Origin: Bacteroidota bacterium
Lineage (GTDB): Bacteria > Bacteroidota > Bacteroidia > Bacteroidales > SKPS01
NCBI GenBank assembly: GCA_022709695.1
Contig: JAKLII010000003.1
Span: forward strand, 80,124-144,123
Reading direction: 5' to 3'
Length of the DNA stretch: 64,000 nt
Notes under the pieces: generated by a model
Told to the model about the DNA's origin: nothing
Database searches by the model: none
The model's input: only the letters and a program-made list of their open reading frames with translations
Shown here: positions 34,635 through 44,730 of the stretch, in pieces
Numbering within the stretch: position 1 is the stretch's first letter
Layout: each line of letters opens with the position of its first letter
Made by a program: the position numbers and the translations under genes

Positions 34635-35978
34635 ATGGACAACCTGACCGGAAACGGTGATCCTTATTTGCTTTGCTCCGTATTACATCCTGCCGGCAAT
34701 ATTCTGTACTATTTTGTGGCTGCAGGTATTCTCATCCTGCTCATTATCTGTTCCGGACTGATCTCTGCATCAGAAATAGGATTCTTCTCCCTGAATACTG
34801 CCAAAGCCAATGCCCTCCGGGGAAAGAAAGCAGATGAAATCCGGTGGCTTTGGGAACGCCCTGAAAAACTGCTTGCTACTATACTGATTTACAATAATCT
34901 GGCAAATGTATCCATCATCCTTCTGGCTACCTGGCTTTCAGGGCAGCTCTTCGAATTCAGCCAGCCGTGGATGAAGTTTCTGGTAGATGTGGTATTGATT
35001 ACCAGCCTGATTTTGCTGCTGGGGGAACTGTTTCCGAAAATACTGGCCAATATCAGACCCACGGGTATTATACGGTTTATGGCCACTCCCTTGCGGGTTG
35101 CCATGATGTTAGCCTATCCCGTGGTGCTCTCGTTGGTGAAATCCACCGTCTTTATCGATCGCAGAATCAAAAAGAAGAATTTCGATATCTCACGGCAGGA
35201 TCTGAATGAAGCCATTAATTATTCTGCAAGGCTGGATGTGGCCGATCAGGATGAAACCAGGCTGCTGAAAGGAATCGTCAATTTCGGGGATAAAGAAGTA
35301 ACCGAAATTATGACTTCAAGGATGGATGTTATTGCACTGAACGATGAGGATCCATTCGCTGAAGTACAGCAAACCATCAAGGAATCAGGTTATTCCAGGT
35401 ATCCGGTGTACCATGAAAACATTGATAATGTCATTGGAATCCTCCATATCAAAGATGTTTTGCCACTGAGGCGCTCTGATACCGTTGATACTAGCTGGCA
35501 GTCGAAAATCAGGCAGGTATACGTAATTCCTGAAAGTAAAAATATCAAGGATTTACTGAAAGAATTCCAGAAGAAAAAGATGCATATGGCTGTGGTGGTG
35601 GATGAATTCGGAGGTTTCAGCGGAATCATCACCCTCGAAGATGTGATTGAAGAGATCGTGGGTGAAATCAGTGACGAATTTGATGAAGAGAGTGATACCC
35701 ATTTCTACCGGAAAACCGGAGAATATACCTATGAGTTCGAAGGGAAATTCCTAATTAACGATTTTCTGAAGGTCCTCGATTTGCCCGATTCCTATGCCGA
35801 AATGGCCAAAGGGGAAGCAGATACCCTTGCGGGATTTCTGCTGGAATTAAAGGGGGAATTTCCGGTGAAAGGTGAAACGATTAATCATAAAGGACTGAAA
35901 TTCACCATAAAAGAAGCTGATTCCAGAAGAATCAAAAGAATCATTGTGGATAGCTCCCAGGGCATAAATACCCGTTAA
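34635..35978 (+). CDS. gldE: Gliding motility-associated protein GldE (CNNM/DUF21 TM domain, CBS pair and CorC_HlyC domain)
   Basis: The domain order and the ssb-gldE-gldD synteny known from Flavobacterium johnsoniae support the call. Confidence 0.8.
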   Translation: MDNLTGNGDPYLLCSVLHPAGNILYYFVAAGILILLIICSGLISASEIGFFSLNTAKANALRGKKADEIRWLWERPEKLLATILIYNNLANVSIILLATWLSGQLFEFSQPWMKFLVDVVLITSLILLLGELFPKILANIRPTGIIRFMATPLRVAMMLAYPVVLSLVKSTVFIDRRIKKKNFDISRQDLNEAINYSARLDVADQDETRLLKGIVNFGDKEVTEIMTSRMDVIALNDEDPFAEVQQTIKESGYSRYPVYHENIDNVIGILHIKDVLPLRRSDTVDTSWQSKIRQVYVIPESKNIKDLLKEFQKKKMHMAVVVDEFGGFSGIITLEDVIEEIVGEISDEFDEESDTHFYRKTGEYTYEFEGKFLINDFLKVLDLPDSYAEMAKGEADTLAGFLLELKGEFPVKGETINHKGLKFTIKEADSRRIKRIIVDSSQGINTR

Positions 35979-35982
35979 CCGG

Positions 35983-36570
35983 ATGAAATTCAAACGCTGC
36001 ATACCTTGCTTGCTTTTCTTCCTGCTACTGTTAATGGGGTGCGGAGAGGGGTATACACCCAAACCACGCGGTTTCTTCCGTATCGATCTTCCCGAAAAGG
36101 AATACCGTATGTTTGACTCTGTATATCCTTATGAATTTGCCTACCCGGTATATGGCATTCTTTCAGAAGATCCTCAGGATGAGACACATGACAGGCTTCG
36201 TCGGTTTAATATCAATTACCCCGCCCTGAATGCCACAATCCATATGACCTACGTTCCGCTTCAGAACGTGGGGTTGGATACACTTATAGGGGAAGCCGCT
36301 GATTTTGTGTATAAGCATGTAACCAAGGCTACCCAGATCTCCAAAACCCCTGTCATCTACCCCGAACACGCAGTGTACGGCACACTGTTCAATATCAGAG
36401 GGAAAAACGTGGCTTCGGCATGCCAGTTTTATGTTACCGACAGCCTGAATCATTTTTTAAGGGGATCTCTTTACTTCAATGCATCCCCCGACAATGACTC
36501 CCTGAAGCCTGTGGTTGATTTCCTGAAGGAAGATATTGACTATATGCTGAAAACACTTCGCTGGAAATAA
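35983..36570 (+). CDS. gldD: Gliding motility lipoprotein GldD
   Basis: 195 aa. Lipobox LMGC followed by YTPKPRGFFRIDLPEKEY. It lies immediately downstream of gldE. Confidence 0.72.
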   Translation: MKFKRCIPCLLFFLLLLMGCGEGYTPKPRGFFRIDLPEKEYRMFDSVYPYEFAYPVYGILSEDPQDETHDRLRRFNINYPALNATIHMTYVPLQNVGLDTLIGEAADFVYKHVTKATQISKTPVIYPEHAVYGTLFNIRGKNVASACQFYVTDSLNHFLRGSLYFNASPDNDSLKPVVDFLKEDIDYMLKTLRWK

Positions 36571-36580
36571 AAAAATGGAG

Positions 36581-36588
36581 TACATTTG
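36581..36588 (+). promoter_or_regulatory. Bacteroidota -7 promoter box (TACATTTG)
   Basis: Exact TAnnTTTG match 23 nt upstream of the TTG start at 36612. Confidence 0.4.
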
Positions 36589-36611
36589 AAGAAACCTTAA
36601 TTCCTTAAACC

Positions 36612-37373
36612 TTGAGCAAAGACCTGGTAGTCATTCCAACATACAACGAAAAGGATAATATTGAGAAAATTATCCATGCCGTTATGGCACTGCCCTCCGG
36701 TTTTAATTTACTGGTGGTTGAAGACAACTCCCCCGACGGCACCGCCCAGCTTGTACGAAATCTTATGCAGCAATACGAAGGACGGTTATTCATGGAGGAA
36801 CGAAAAGGGAAACTTGGGCTTGGTACTGCCTACCTGCATGGATTCAAATGGGGCCTCGAAAGGGATTACGCCCTCATTTACGAGATGGATGCTGATTTTT
36901 CACACAACCCGGCTGATCTGGAGCGACTTAGGGAAGCCTGTATGAACGGTGCTGATCTGGCCATCGGATCCAGGTATATCAAAGGGGTGAATGTGGTGAA
37001 CTGGCCCATGGGAAGGGTGCTCATGTCATACTATGCTTCTGCCTACGTGCGGATGATTACCCGCATGAAAGTACGCGATACCACAGCAGGTTTCAAATGC
37101 TACACCAGGAAAGTACTTAAGGCCATCGATTTTAAACAGATCCGTTTTACCGGTTACGCCTTTCAGATTGAAATGAAATATACTGCCTGGAAACTCGGGT
37201 TCAAAATTGTGGAAGTTCCCATCATTTTTACGGAAAGGACCCTTGGAGAATCGAAAATGAACAAGAAAATCTTCAAAGAAGCGATCTTTGGAGTAATAAG
37301 CCTGAGAATCAGAAGCATACAAGGTGTTTACAGGAGAATGAAAAAAAAGGCCCTCTCCGGGATGGAGGGCTGA
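36612..37373 (+). CDS. Polyprenol-phosphate mannosyltransferase (GT2, Dpm1-like)
   Basis: VVIPTYNEKDNI...LVVEDNSPDGT...EMDADFSH. A TTG start is required to keep the conserved N-terminal strand. Confidence 0.88.
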   Translation: MSKDLVVIPTYNEKDNIEKIIHAVMALPSGFNLLVVEDNSPDGTAQLVRNLMQQYEGRLFMEERKGKLGLGTAYLHGFKWGLERDYALIYEMDADFSHNPADLERLREACMNGADLAIGSRYIKGVNVVNWPMGRVLMSYYASAYVRMITRMKVRDTTAGFKCYTRKVLKAIDFKQIRFTGYAFQIEMKYTAWKLGFKIVEVPIIFTERTLGESKMNKKIFKEAIFGVISLRIRSIQGVYRRMKKKALSGMEG

Positions 37374-37422
37374 AATATGTAAAGGATTTGCTGAATAGTT
37401 TTTCCATTTAAAGCAAGCCGCT

Positions 37423-38751
37423 ATGCCAGGAATTCTGATAAGAGGAGGCACCATTATCAATGAAGGGAAATCCTGGGTGGGCGATATCGCCATCAGGGAT
37501 AAGTACCTTGTACCGATTGCGTCATTGATGGATCCCGAAAGGGTAATTGATGCACGGGGATTTTGGGTTTTGCCGGGGGTTATTGATGACCAGGTCCATT
37601 TCAGGGAACCGGGGCTGGAAACCAAGGGAACCATTGCTTCAGAAAGTTTGGCTGCCCTTGCCGGAGGTATCACCTCTTTTATGGAGATGCCCAACACCAT
37701 TCCCCCGGCTACCACACAAGAACTTCTTCAGCAGAAATTCAGGATCGCACAAAAGGAAGCATGGTGCAATTACAGTTTTTATCTTGGCGCCACCAACCAT
37801 AATCTTGAAGAGATCCGGGCACTTGATCCACGTAAGGTTTGCGGGGTGAAAGTCTTTATGGGTTCCTCCACCGGAGACCTGTTGGTGGACAGCGATGAGG
37901 CCCTTCATCAGCTATTTGCTGCCGCACAGGTTCCGGTGGCTGTTCATTCCGAAGACGAGGAGACGATCAAAAGGAACATTGCCTATTACAGGGAATTTTA
38001 CGGAAATCGCGCGGATGCCCGTATACATCCCCAGGTGCGCAGCGAGGAGGCATGTGTGAAGTGCACCGCCCGTGCCATTGCATACTGCCGGAATACCGGC
38101 GGACATCTGCACCTGCTCCATATCTCAACTGCCCGTGAAGTGGATATGATACGGCAGGCAAAGGAGGAAGGGTTACGGGTAACTGCCGAGGTATGTGTGC
38201 ATCATTTGTGGTTTTCTGAAGAGAATTACGATGTGCTGGGGAATCTGATCAAATGGAATCCTTCCATTAAAACGAAAAATGACCGCCATAAACTGAGGGA
38301 AGGTTTGCTCGACGGCACCATTGATATTGTGGCCACGGATCATGCGCCCCATGAGCTGGAAAAAAAGATGCAGGAATACTTCGATGCCCCTTCGGGTGGT
38401 CCGCTGGTGCAGTTTTCCCTGGTAATGATGCTTGAGATGGCCCGTCAGCATTGCTGGACGGCAGCTGATGTGGTTACCTGGATGTCGCACAAACCCGCTG
38501 ATCTTTTCCGGGTTGACAGAAGAGGATATCTGCGCGAAGGGTATTATGCCGATGTGGTACTGGTCGATCCTGATTCCCTTTGGATTATCAGGGGTAACGA
38601 TTCCCTCAGCAAGGTAAAGTGGACACCGCTTGAAGGCACAGAAGTGCATCATCGCATTGTGGCAGCCATTGTAAACGGTAAGGTAGCCTATGAGAACGGC
38701 GCACCGGTGGAAGATGCAAAATCTCCGATGGAGCTACGATTTTTAAGATAG
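37423..38751 (+). CDS. pyrC: Dihydroorotase (amidohydrolase, allantoinase-like class)
   Basis: 442 aa. GVIDDQVHFREPG, HSEDE, ATDHAPH. Confidence 0.88.
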   Translation: MPGILIRGGTIINEGKSWVGDIAIRDKYLVPIASLMDPERVIDARGFWVLPGVIDDQVHFREPGLETKGTIASESLAALAGGITSFMEMPNTIPPATTQELLQQKFRIAQKEAWCNYSFYLGATNHNLEEIRALDPRKVCGVKVFMGSSTGDLLVDSDEALHQLFAAAQVPVAVHSEDEETIKRNIAYYREFYGNRADARIHPQVRSEEACVKCTARAIAYCRNTGGHLHLLHISTAREVDMIRQAKEEGLRVTAEVCVHHLWFSEENYDVLGNLIKWNPSIKTKNDRHKLREGLLDGTIDIVATDHAPHELEKKMQEYFDAPSGGPLVQFSLVMMLEMARQHCWTAADVVTWMSHKPADLFRVDRRGYLREGYYADVVLVDPDSLWIIRGNDSLSKVKWTPLEGTEVHHRIVAAIVNGKVAYENGAPVEDAKSPMELRFLR

Positions 38752-38792
38752 GAACCATACCATAATATATATAGTACGTTAAATGGTTTGAT

Positions 38793-39242
38793 ATGGGAGG
38801 AATGAGAATCAGAATTACCAAGAGTTTTACCTTTGAGATGGCTCATGCACTTCAGAATTACGATGGGCCTTGCCGCCATATTCATGGGCATTCTTACACC
38901 CTCGAGGTTACCATCAGTGGTGAACCGGTGATAGACCGTACCTCACCAAAACTTGGAATGGTAATGGACTTCACCGATCTGAAAGCCCTGGTTAAGGAGC
39001 TGATCATCGATCCATACGACCATGCACTGGTACTGCAGAAAGGGTACGAAGAGGTGATACTCAATCCCCAGAATAAATCCCAGAAGGTTATACAAACCCT
39101 TTTTCAACCCACCAGCGAGAACCTTCTCATCCATTTTGTGGAGGAGATCGGATTTCGATTGCCGTCAGGTGTCAGGCTTGAGCGCATGCTGTTGCGTGAA
39201 ACGGCCACTTCGTATACCGAGTGGCACCGGAGCGATCAGTGA
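38793..39242 (+). CDS. queD: 6-carboxytetrahydropterin synthase
   Basis: F.FEMAHAL...CRHIHGHSY (CxxxHGH). The true start may be ATG 38802 (MRIRITKSF). Confidence 0.88.
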   Translation: MGGMRIRITKSFTFEMAHALQNYDGPCRHIHGHSYTLEVTISGEPVIDRTSPKLGMVMDFTDLKALVKELIIDPYDHALVLQKGYEEVILNPQNKSQKVIQTLFQPTSENLLIHFVEEIGFRLPSGVRLERMLLRETATSYTEWHRSDQ

Positions 39243-40165
39243 TTTACAATAACCCGTATGGCTCCCGCTTTTATGGAAAATTCGATGGGGGTATGGCCAA
39301 TGGACTCTCCGTCCACCTCCAGGTAGAGGTTTTTATCGCATGTAATATCAATGGAGGTTGCAGTGCCGGTTTGCACTTCGGGCATATGCACGAATGATCC
39401 GCTGAAAAGACGATGTACGTTGGCAAGCACCTTAAGTTTTGAAATTTGCTTGATGATGGTAAGGGCCAGCTTTCCGCTGTTGGGTATGGCATGGGGCAAC
39501 TGCTTCATCCCTCCCCCGTTAAACTGACAAACCCCTACATTAAGGCTGAATATAGAGTGGGGGTATCTCTGCTGATCAATGATCACCTCTGCCATACGGC
39601 TTTTATACTGCAAGAGGGTTGAAAATATATTGATGAAATAGGAGATTTTCCCTCCCCTACCCTTTTCCTTCAGTTTGTTCACCTTTAAAGCTACTTCGGC
39701 ATCAAATCCGATTCCGGCCATGTTCACCAGATAGCGTTGTTTGATTTTTATTCCGGATGAGTACTTTACCATACAGGCATCCTGAATAAAAGATTTCCCC
39801 CTTTTGATCACCTGAATGGCATGTTTAAAGTCAAAAGGGATGTTGTACATCCGGCCCCAATCGTTTCCGGTACCCACGGTGATCATGGCCAGTTCTACCT
39901 CATGGGAGGGAATTCTTTTCTGTTGCATGATACCGTTGGCCACTTCATTAAAAGTACCATCTCCCCCAACGGCAATAATTTTGGAGTACCCGAGCGAGAT
40001 CTGCTTGCGGGCTATTTCAATGGCATCTTCAGGTGCAGTGGTAAGCCAGGCGTCGAAGAGAAATCCCTCATCTTTCAGGCATTGCTCAATCGCGGGCCAT
40101 TCGCGTTCGGCCCTGCGGATTCCGGCATTGGGATTTACAATTACAAGCCAACGATCCTCCATCAT
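39236..40165 (-). CDS. Diacylglycerol kinase-family lipid kinase (YegS/BmrU type)
   Basis: VIVNPNAG...AVGGDGTFNEV...GTGNDW. Its stop overlaps the queD stop by 7 nt (TCAGTGA). Confidence 0.85.
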   Translation of the reverse strand: MMEDRWLVIVNPNAGIRRAEREWPAIEQCLKDEGFLFDAWLTTAPEDAIEIARKQISLGYSKIIAVGGDGTFNEVANGIMQQKRIPSHEVELAMITVGTGNDWGRMYNIPFDFKHAIQVIKRGKSFIQDACMVKYSSGIKIKQRYLVNMAGIGFDAEVALKVNKLKEKGRGGKISYFINIFSTLLQYKSRMAEVIIDQQRYPHSIFSLNVGVCQFNGGGMKQLPHAIPNSGKLALTIIKQISKLKVLANVHRLFSGSFVHMPEVQTGTATSIDITCDKNLYLEVDGESIGHTPIEFSIKAGAIRVIVNH

Positions 40166-40169
40166 AGTA

Positions 40170-40177
40170 CAAAAGTA
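40170..40177 (-). promoter_or_regulatory. Bacteroidota -7 promoter box (TACTTTTG) 4 nt upstream of the lipid kinase ATG
   Basis: Exact TAnnTTTG match. The spacing implies a leaderless or near-leaderless mRNA. Confidence 0.3.
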
Positions 40178-40380
40178 TAATTTAATTGTAATAACCGGTA
40201 GCAGGGGAATGATTATCTTTACAACGTAAAAACCATTGCATGGCCACGATTGTTCAGCAATGAAGGGACATGTGGAAACGTTAAGCTATGTACGATATCC
40301 GGAATTCCGGAACGAAAGCAGTGGATCTGATTTTTCGGAAGGGTATGTTTCAAAAACGATCTGTAACAGGAAGATAAAGT

Positions 40381-43300
40381 ATGTTGACGTTACGTGAAAG
40401 GCTCAGGATATTTATCCGGCAATACTATATAAACAGGGTTTTGAGGGGATTGATCCTTTCAGGCATTTCATCTGTGCTGTTGTTGCTTTTATTTGCCGCA
40501 ATAGAGTACTGGGGTTGGTTTAACTCAGCCACGCGGGCTTTGATGTTCTATTTTTATCTGGGATTCAATTTATCCATTGCAGGATATTATATCATTTATC
40601 CGCTCCTTAAGCTGGTGGGGGTGTCGCGGAGTATATCGCCTGAATATGCCGCCACGATCATCGGAAAACATTTCAGCCAGATAGAGGATAAATTGTTGAA
40701 TCTCCTGCAGCTTCAGGAAATGCAGCAACATAAAGGCGAAGAATCCGGGCGGCATGGTATCAGTGAGGAACTTCTTTGGGCAGCCATTGAACAGAAAGAA
40801 ACCCTGCTCCGCCCCTTCCCTTTTGTGAAGGCCATAGAATTCCGCAAAAGCGTAAAGTATTTGAGATACCTAGTCCCATCCCTCATCATATTAATTGCCA
40901 TTCTCAGTTTTAAACCCGGTTTTCTTACCGATCCTGTCCAAAGGATCAGCCGTTACAATCTTCATTTCGAAAAACCTGCACCGTTTACATTTATCATTGT
41001 AAACAAGGATTTAACCGCCGTCAGCAAGGAGAAATATCAACTGATGTTTACCACCAGGGGAGAAGAAATGCCTGATGAAGCATTTGTTGAGATCAACGGA
41101 ATCAACTACAAAGCGATTCAAAACCGGAAGAACCAGTTTTCATTCGAAATCACAAATCTGCAGCAGGATGTGATTTTTCGGCTTAATTCCCGGGATTATT
41201 ATTCAAAGCCTTATCAGCTGAAAGTAATTCAGAAACCTGGTATCAGAAATTTCAAGGTGAAACTGCAGTATCCGGGATACATCAGGAGGGAAAATGAGGT
41301 TTTAGACAACGTTGGAGACCTGATTGTTCCACGTGGAACATTGGTGACCTGGGAATATCAGACCTATTATACTGATAATCTGTTCTTTCATACTGATAAT
41401 CAGAAAGAAAGGCTAAAGGGAGACGCGAAAGGGAAGTTTTACCATTCGCGCCGGATTCTCGAACCCCTCTCCTATGCGATTCAACCTACCAATGCATTTA
41501 TCGACACCCTTAACCAGGTCGCTTACGCCATCGAAGTGATTCCTGATGAGTACCCAATCATAAGAGCGGATGAAATCCTGGATTCAATAAACCACATGGC
41601 CGTTTTTTATTCAGGAGAAATCGGAGATGACTACGGATTTTCGGGATTGTGGTTCAGCTATACCCAGGTGAGATCAGGTGATACGCTTGCCCGCAAAGCA
41701 ATACCACTCTCCGTAAATGCTCTTGAAACCCGTCAGCGGTTTATGCATTTTATCGATTTACAGCAAATGGGATTTGAACCGGGTGATCATTTGGTGTGGT
41801 ATTTTGAAGTAAGGGACAACGACCAGGTGAGTGGTCCGAAAGCTTCACGCTCCTATCAATCTGTATACAAAGTGCCGGGCAGGGAAGAACTGGACGAAAT
41901 GCAAAATGCGCTGGAAGAGGAGATCAAATCAAAACTCGAGAAAAACATCAGGACAGCACGGCAAATTCAGCAGGATGCCAAAAAACTCACCAATGAACTT
42001 CGGAACAAGGAACAACTGAACTGGCAGGATCGGGAAAAGATTAATCAGCTGCTCAATAAGCAACAGCTGGTAAAACAAAACATCGAAGAGCTTCAGAAAG
42101 AGATGGCATTAAAAAATGCCCAGGAAGAGAAAATGAATAAACCTGATGAGGAAATTCTTGAAAAACAGAAAATGCTCCAGGAGATGATGGATAAACTGCT
42201 CGACGAAGAAACCCGAAAGTTGCTCGAAGAGATTCAAAAGTTAATGGAAAATCTTGATAAGGATAAAGTTGAACAAATGCTTCAGAAAATCCAGATGAAT
42301 AACGATGAGCTCAACCGGGAGCTTGAAAGGAATCTGGAAATGTTCAAACAACTTGAACTGGAGAAAGAGCTGAAAGAGTCGGTTGAGGAATTGAAGAAGC
42401 TGGCGGAAGAACAAAAGAGGCTGGCAGAGCAGAGCGAACAGCCGGGTGCCGATAAAAACAAACTGGCAAAAGAGCAGGAAGCACTCAACAAAGAGTTCGA
42501 CCGGTTAAGCGAAAAATTGGATAAAATTCAAAAAAACAATCAGGAACTTGAATTTCCAAACGATCTGCAAAGTACGGAACAAGAACAGTCCGAGATTAAA
42601 AAGGAGATGAAGGAAGGGCTCGACCAGCTCAACCAGGGCAAGCCCAAAAATGCCTCACCAAAACAGAAAAATGCAGCCGGGCAGATGGAAAAGTTGTCGG
42701 ATAAACTCAGTGATATGATGGATGCGATGATGGAAGAACAGCTGGAGGAAGATATCCTTACGCTGCGTCAGATTCTGAAGAACCTGATTCATGTCTCCTT
42801 TGAACAGGAAAAACTGATGAATGCATCACGTGAAATAAACCGGCAGGACCCAAAATTCCCCGAGATCATCAATAAACAGAACTCCCTGAAGCGTGATTTT
42901 GAGATTATTGAAGATTCCCTGGTGGCTTTGGGCAAACGCCAGACTGCAATCCAAAGTGTGGTTTCGAAAGAGATCAGTAGCGTGAAATCCAATATGGATC
43001 AGGCGGTTACAAATTTTTTGGATATCAATACCATTCAGGTGATCAACCGAACCGGCAAAGACAGGGCAGTAGAGCGGCAACAATTTGCCATGACCTCTCT
43101 GAACAACCTGGCGCTTCTGCTTGCTGAAGCACTCGACCAGATGAAAGATCAGCAGGATCAGCAGAAGTCGGGGAAAGGGCAGAAATGCAACAAGCCTAAA
43201 GCTGGTAAAGGTGGACAGTCGATGAAACAGATCCAGCAACGGCAGCAGAGCCTTAACCAGCAGCTGAAGAAAATGAAGGAAGAGATGGAGAAAGGGCAGC

Positions 43301-43755
43301 AGCAACAGGGGAAGCGAAACAGCATGAACGAGCAGTTCGCACGCATGGCAGCAGAACAGGAGGCGATACGCCGGGCCCTTGGGCAATATATGCAGGAGTT
43401 GCAGAAACAGGGGCTGAAAGATGCCGGCCAGTTAAGTGAACTGATGAAGCAGATGGAGAAGACCGAAGAGGAGCTTGTGAACAAAATGCTCAGCAACAGT
43501 ACCCTGAAACGACAGGAGGATATTCGTACCAGACTGTTAGAGAGTGAGAAAGCCGAACGCGAAAGGGAAGAAGAAGAAAGACGTGAATCAAAGGAGGTAA
43601 AAAATCAGATTTATAGTAACCCTTCGCTGTTTTTGGAGTATAAAAGGTTAACTGAGAAAGAGCAGGAGATGCTGCGCTATACTACTCCTGTGCTTCAAAA
43701 TTTCTATAAAAATAAGGTAAATGAGTATATGATTAATAAAGGGGCAACGCAGTAA
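40381..43755 (+). CDS. Large membrane-anchored protein with a beta-rich middle region and a coiled-coil of about 600 aa (DUF4175-like)
   Basis: 1124 aa. Two N-terminal TM helices (ILSGISSVLLLLLFAAIEYWGW, ALMFYFYLGFNLSIAGYYIIY). Residues ~500-1080 are E/K/Q/L-rich heptad-like sequence. The DUF4175 label is from memory. Confidence 0.7.
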   Translation: MLTLRERLRIFIRQYYINRVLRGLILSGISSVLLLLLFAAIEYWGWFNSATRALMFYFYLGFNLSIAGYYIIYPLLKLVGVSRSISPEYAATIIGKHFSQIEDKLLNLLQLQEMQQHKGEESGRHGISEELLWAAIEQKETLLRPFPFVKAIEFRKSVKYLRYLVPSLIILIAILSFKPGFLTDPVQRISRYNLHFEKPAPFTFIIVNKDLTAVSKEKYQLMFTTRGEEMPDEAFVEINGINYKAIQNRKNQFSFEITNLQQDVIFRLNSRDYYSKPYQLKVIQKPGIRNFKVKLQYPGYIRRENEVLDNVGDLIVPRGTLVTWEYQTYYTDNLFFHTDNQKERLKGDAKGKFYHSRRILEPLSYAIQPTNAFIDTLNQVAYAIEVIPDEYPIIRADEILDSINHMAVFYSGEIGDDYGFSGLWFSYTQVRSGDTLARKAIPLSVNALETRQRFMHFIDLQQMGFEPGDHLVWYFEVRDNDQVSGPKASRSYQSVYKVPGREELDEMQNALEEEIKSKLEKNIRTARQIQQDAKKLTNELRNKEQLNWQDREKINQLLNKQQLVKQNIEELQKEMALKNAQEEKMNKPDEEILEKQKMLQEMMDKLLDEETRKLLEEIQKLMENLDKDKVEQMLQKIQMNNDELNRELERNLEMFKQLELEKELKESVEELKKLAEEQKRLAEQSEQPGADKNKLAKEQEALNKEFDRLSEKLDKIQKNNQELEFPNDLQSTEQEQSEIKKEMKEGLDQLNQGKPKNASPKQKNAAGQMEKLSDKLSDMMDAMMEEQLEEDILTLRQILKNLIHVSFEQEKLMNASREINRQDPKFPEIINKQNSLKRDFEIIEDSLVALGKRQTAIQSVVSKEISSVKSNMDQAVTNFLDINTIQVINRTGKDRAVERQQFAMTSLNNLALLLAEALDQMKDQQDQQKSGKGQKCNKPKAGKGGQSMKQIQQRQQSLNQQLKKMKEEMEKGQQQQGKRNSMNEQFARMAAEQEAIRRALGQYMQELQKQGLKDAGQLSELMKQMEKTEEELVNKMLSNSTLKRQEDIRTRLLESEKAEREREEEERRESKEVKNQIYSNPSLFLEYKRLTEKEQEMLRYTTPVLQNFYKNKVNEYMINKGATQ

Positions 43756-43756
43756 T

Positions 43757-44248
43757 ATGAGTAATACCAAACGCATCATCATACCATCCACTGTAGCGAA
43801 TCTCCATGCTGTAAACCACTTTGTGGAAGATATCTGCGACCATTTCAACATCTTCAACAGTTATTTCAGCAACATCCTTACAGCCGTTACAGAAGCTGTT
43901 TTAAACGCCATCCAGCATGGCAACGGGAATGATCCTGCCAAACATGTGGAGATAGTTTTCACACAACGCAATGACGGATTGAGTTTTTCCATTTCTGACC
44001 AGGGTTTGGGATTTGACCCCGGCCGGTTACCAGACCCTACAGATCCCTCCAATGACGGATCAGTCGGAAGGGGTCTCTTTCTGATGAAGTCCCTGTCGGA
44101 TGAGATGGCATACAGCAATGGCGGAAGTACGGTTGAGCTCTTTTTCTCGATAGCAGGTATCGATCAGGATCTGGCGGTGGCCAGAAAAGAACAGGTAAAA
44201 GACTACCTGCGGTCGGTGAAAAAAACCACGGGCCATACCATACGTTAA
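43757..44248 (+). CDS. RsbW/SpoIIAB-like anti-sigma serine kinase (GHKL ATPase)
   Basis: 163 aa. N-box EAVLNAIQHGN, G-boxes DQGLGFD and GRGLFLM. The start lies 1 nt after the upstream stop. Confidence 0.8.
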   Translation: MSNTKRIIIPSTVANLHAVNHFVEDICDHFNIFNSYFSNILTAVTEAVLNAIQHGNGNDPAKHVEIVFTQRNDGLSFSISDQGLGFDPGRLPDPTDPSNDGSVGRGLFLMKSLSDEMAYSNGGSTVELFFSIAGIDQDLAVARKEQVKDYLRSVKKTTGHTIR

Positions 44249-44295
44249 AACTTACCCCTGCCCTACCCTTTTAGATTACCGGGAAATTCAAAGCT

Positions 44296-44724
44296 ATGGC
44301 ATTGAAAATCAACTTTTTTTTTGAAGGAACCAAACGTTTTGCAATCCGGAAAAATGACACAATACAGTGGATCGGCAGGGTAGCTGAACACTATGGTGCC
44401 CGTATTGCGCGGCTCAGGATCATCCATTGCAGCGACGAAGTATTGTGGGAGATGAACCGGAATTATCTGGATCACGATACCTATACAGACATTATTACCT
44501 TTCCTTTCAGTGAGCCCGGCGACCCGGTTGAGGGAGAGCTTTATATCAGTACGGACCGGGTTAAGGAGAATGCTGCACAGGAAGGGGTTTCCTTTGAGGA
44601 TGAATGGCACAGGGTGATCGTACACGGAATACTGCATTTACTGGGTTATGATGATCAATCCGGGGAGCAGCTGAAACGGATGCGGGAGCAGGAGGATTAT
44701 TGCTTAACTTTGCGGACTCTATAA
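44296..44724 (+). CDS. ybeY: rRNA maturation endoribonuclease YbeY
   Basis: The HGILHLLGYDD metal-binding motif and the 142-aa length. Confidence 0.9.
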   Translation: MALKINFFFEGTKRFAIRKNDTIQWIGRVAEHYGARIARLRIIHCSDEVLWEMNRNYLDHDTYTDIITFPFSEPGDPVEGELYISTDRVKENAAQEGVSFEDEWHRVIVHGILHLLGYDDQSGEQLKRMREQEDYCLTLRTL

Positions 44725-44730
44725 GTCCGT

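Noticed and set aside
37026-37715. 229-aa minus-strand ORF spanning the Dpm1-like/pyrC junction
   Set aside because: It overlaps two confidently assigned plus-strand genes. The sequence is unremarkable.
44314-44322. T9 run inside ybeY codons 6-9 (NFFFE)
   Set aside because: It encodes a plausible phenylalanine triplet in a conserved housekeeping gene. There is no reason to expect phase variation here.
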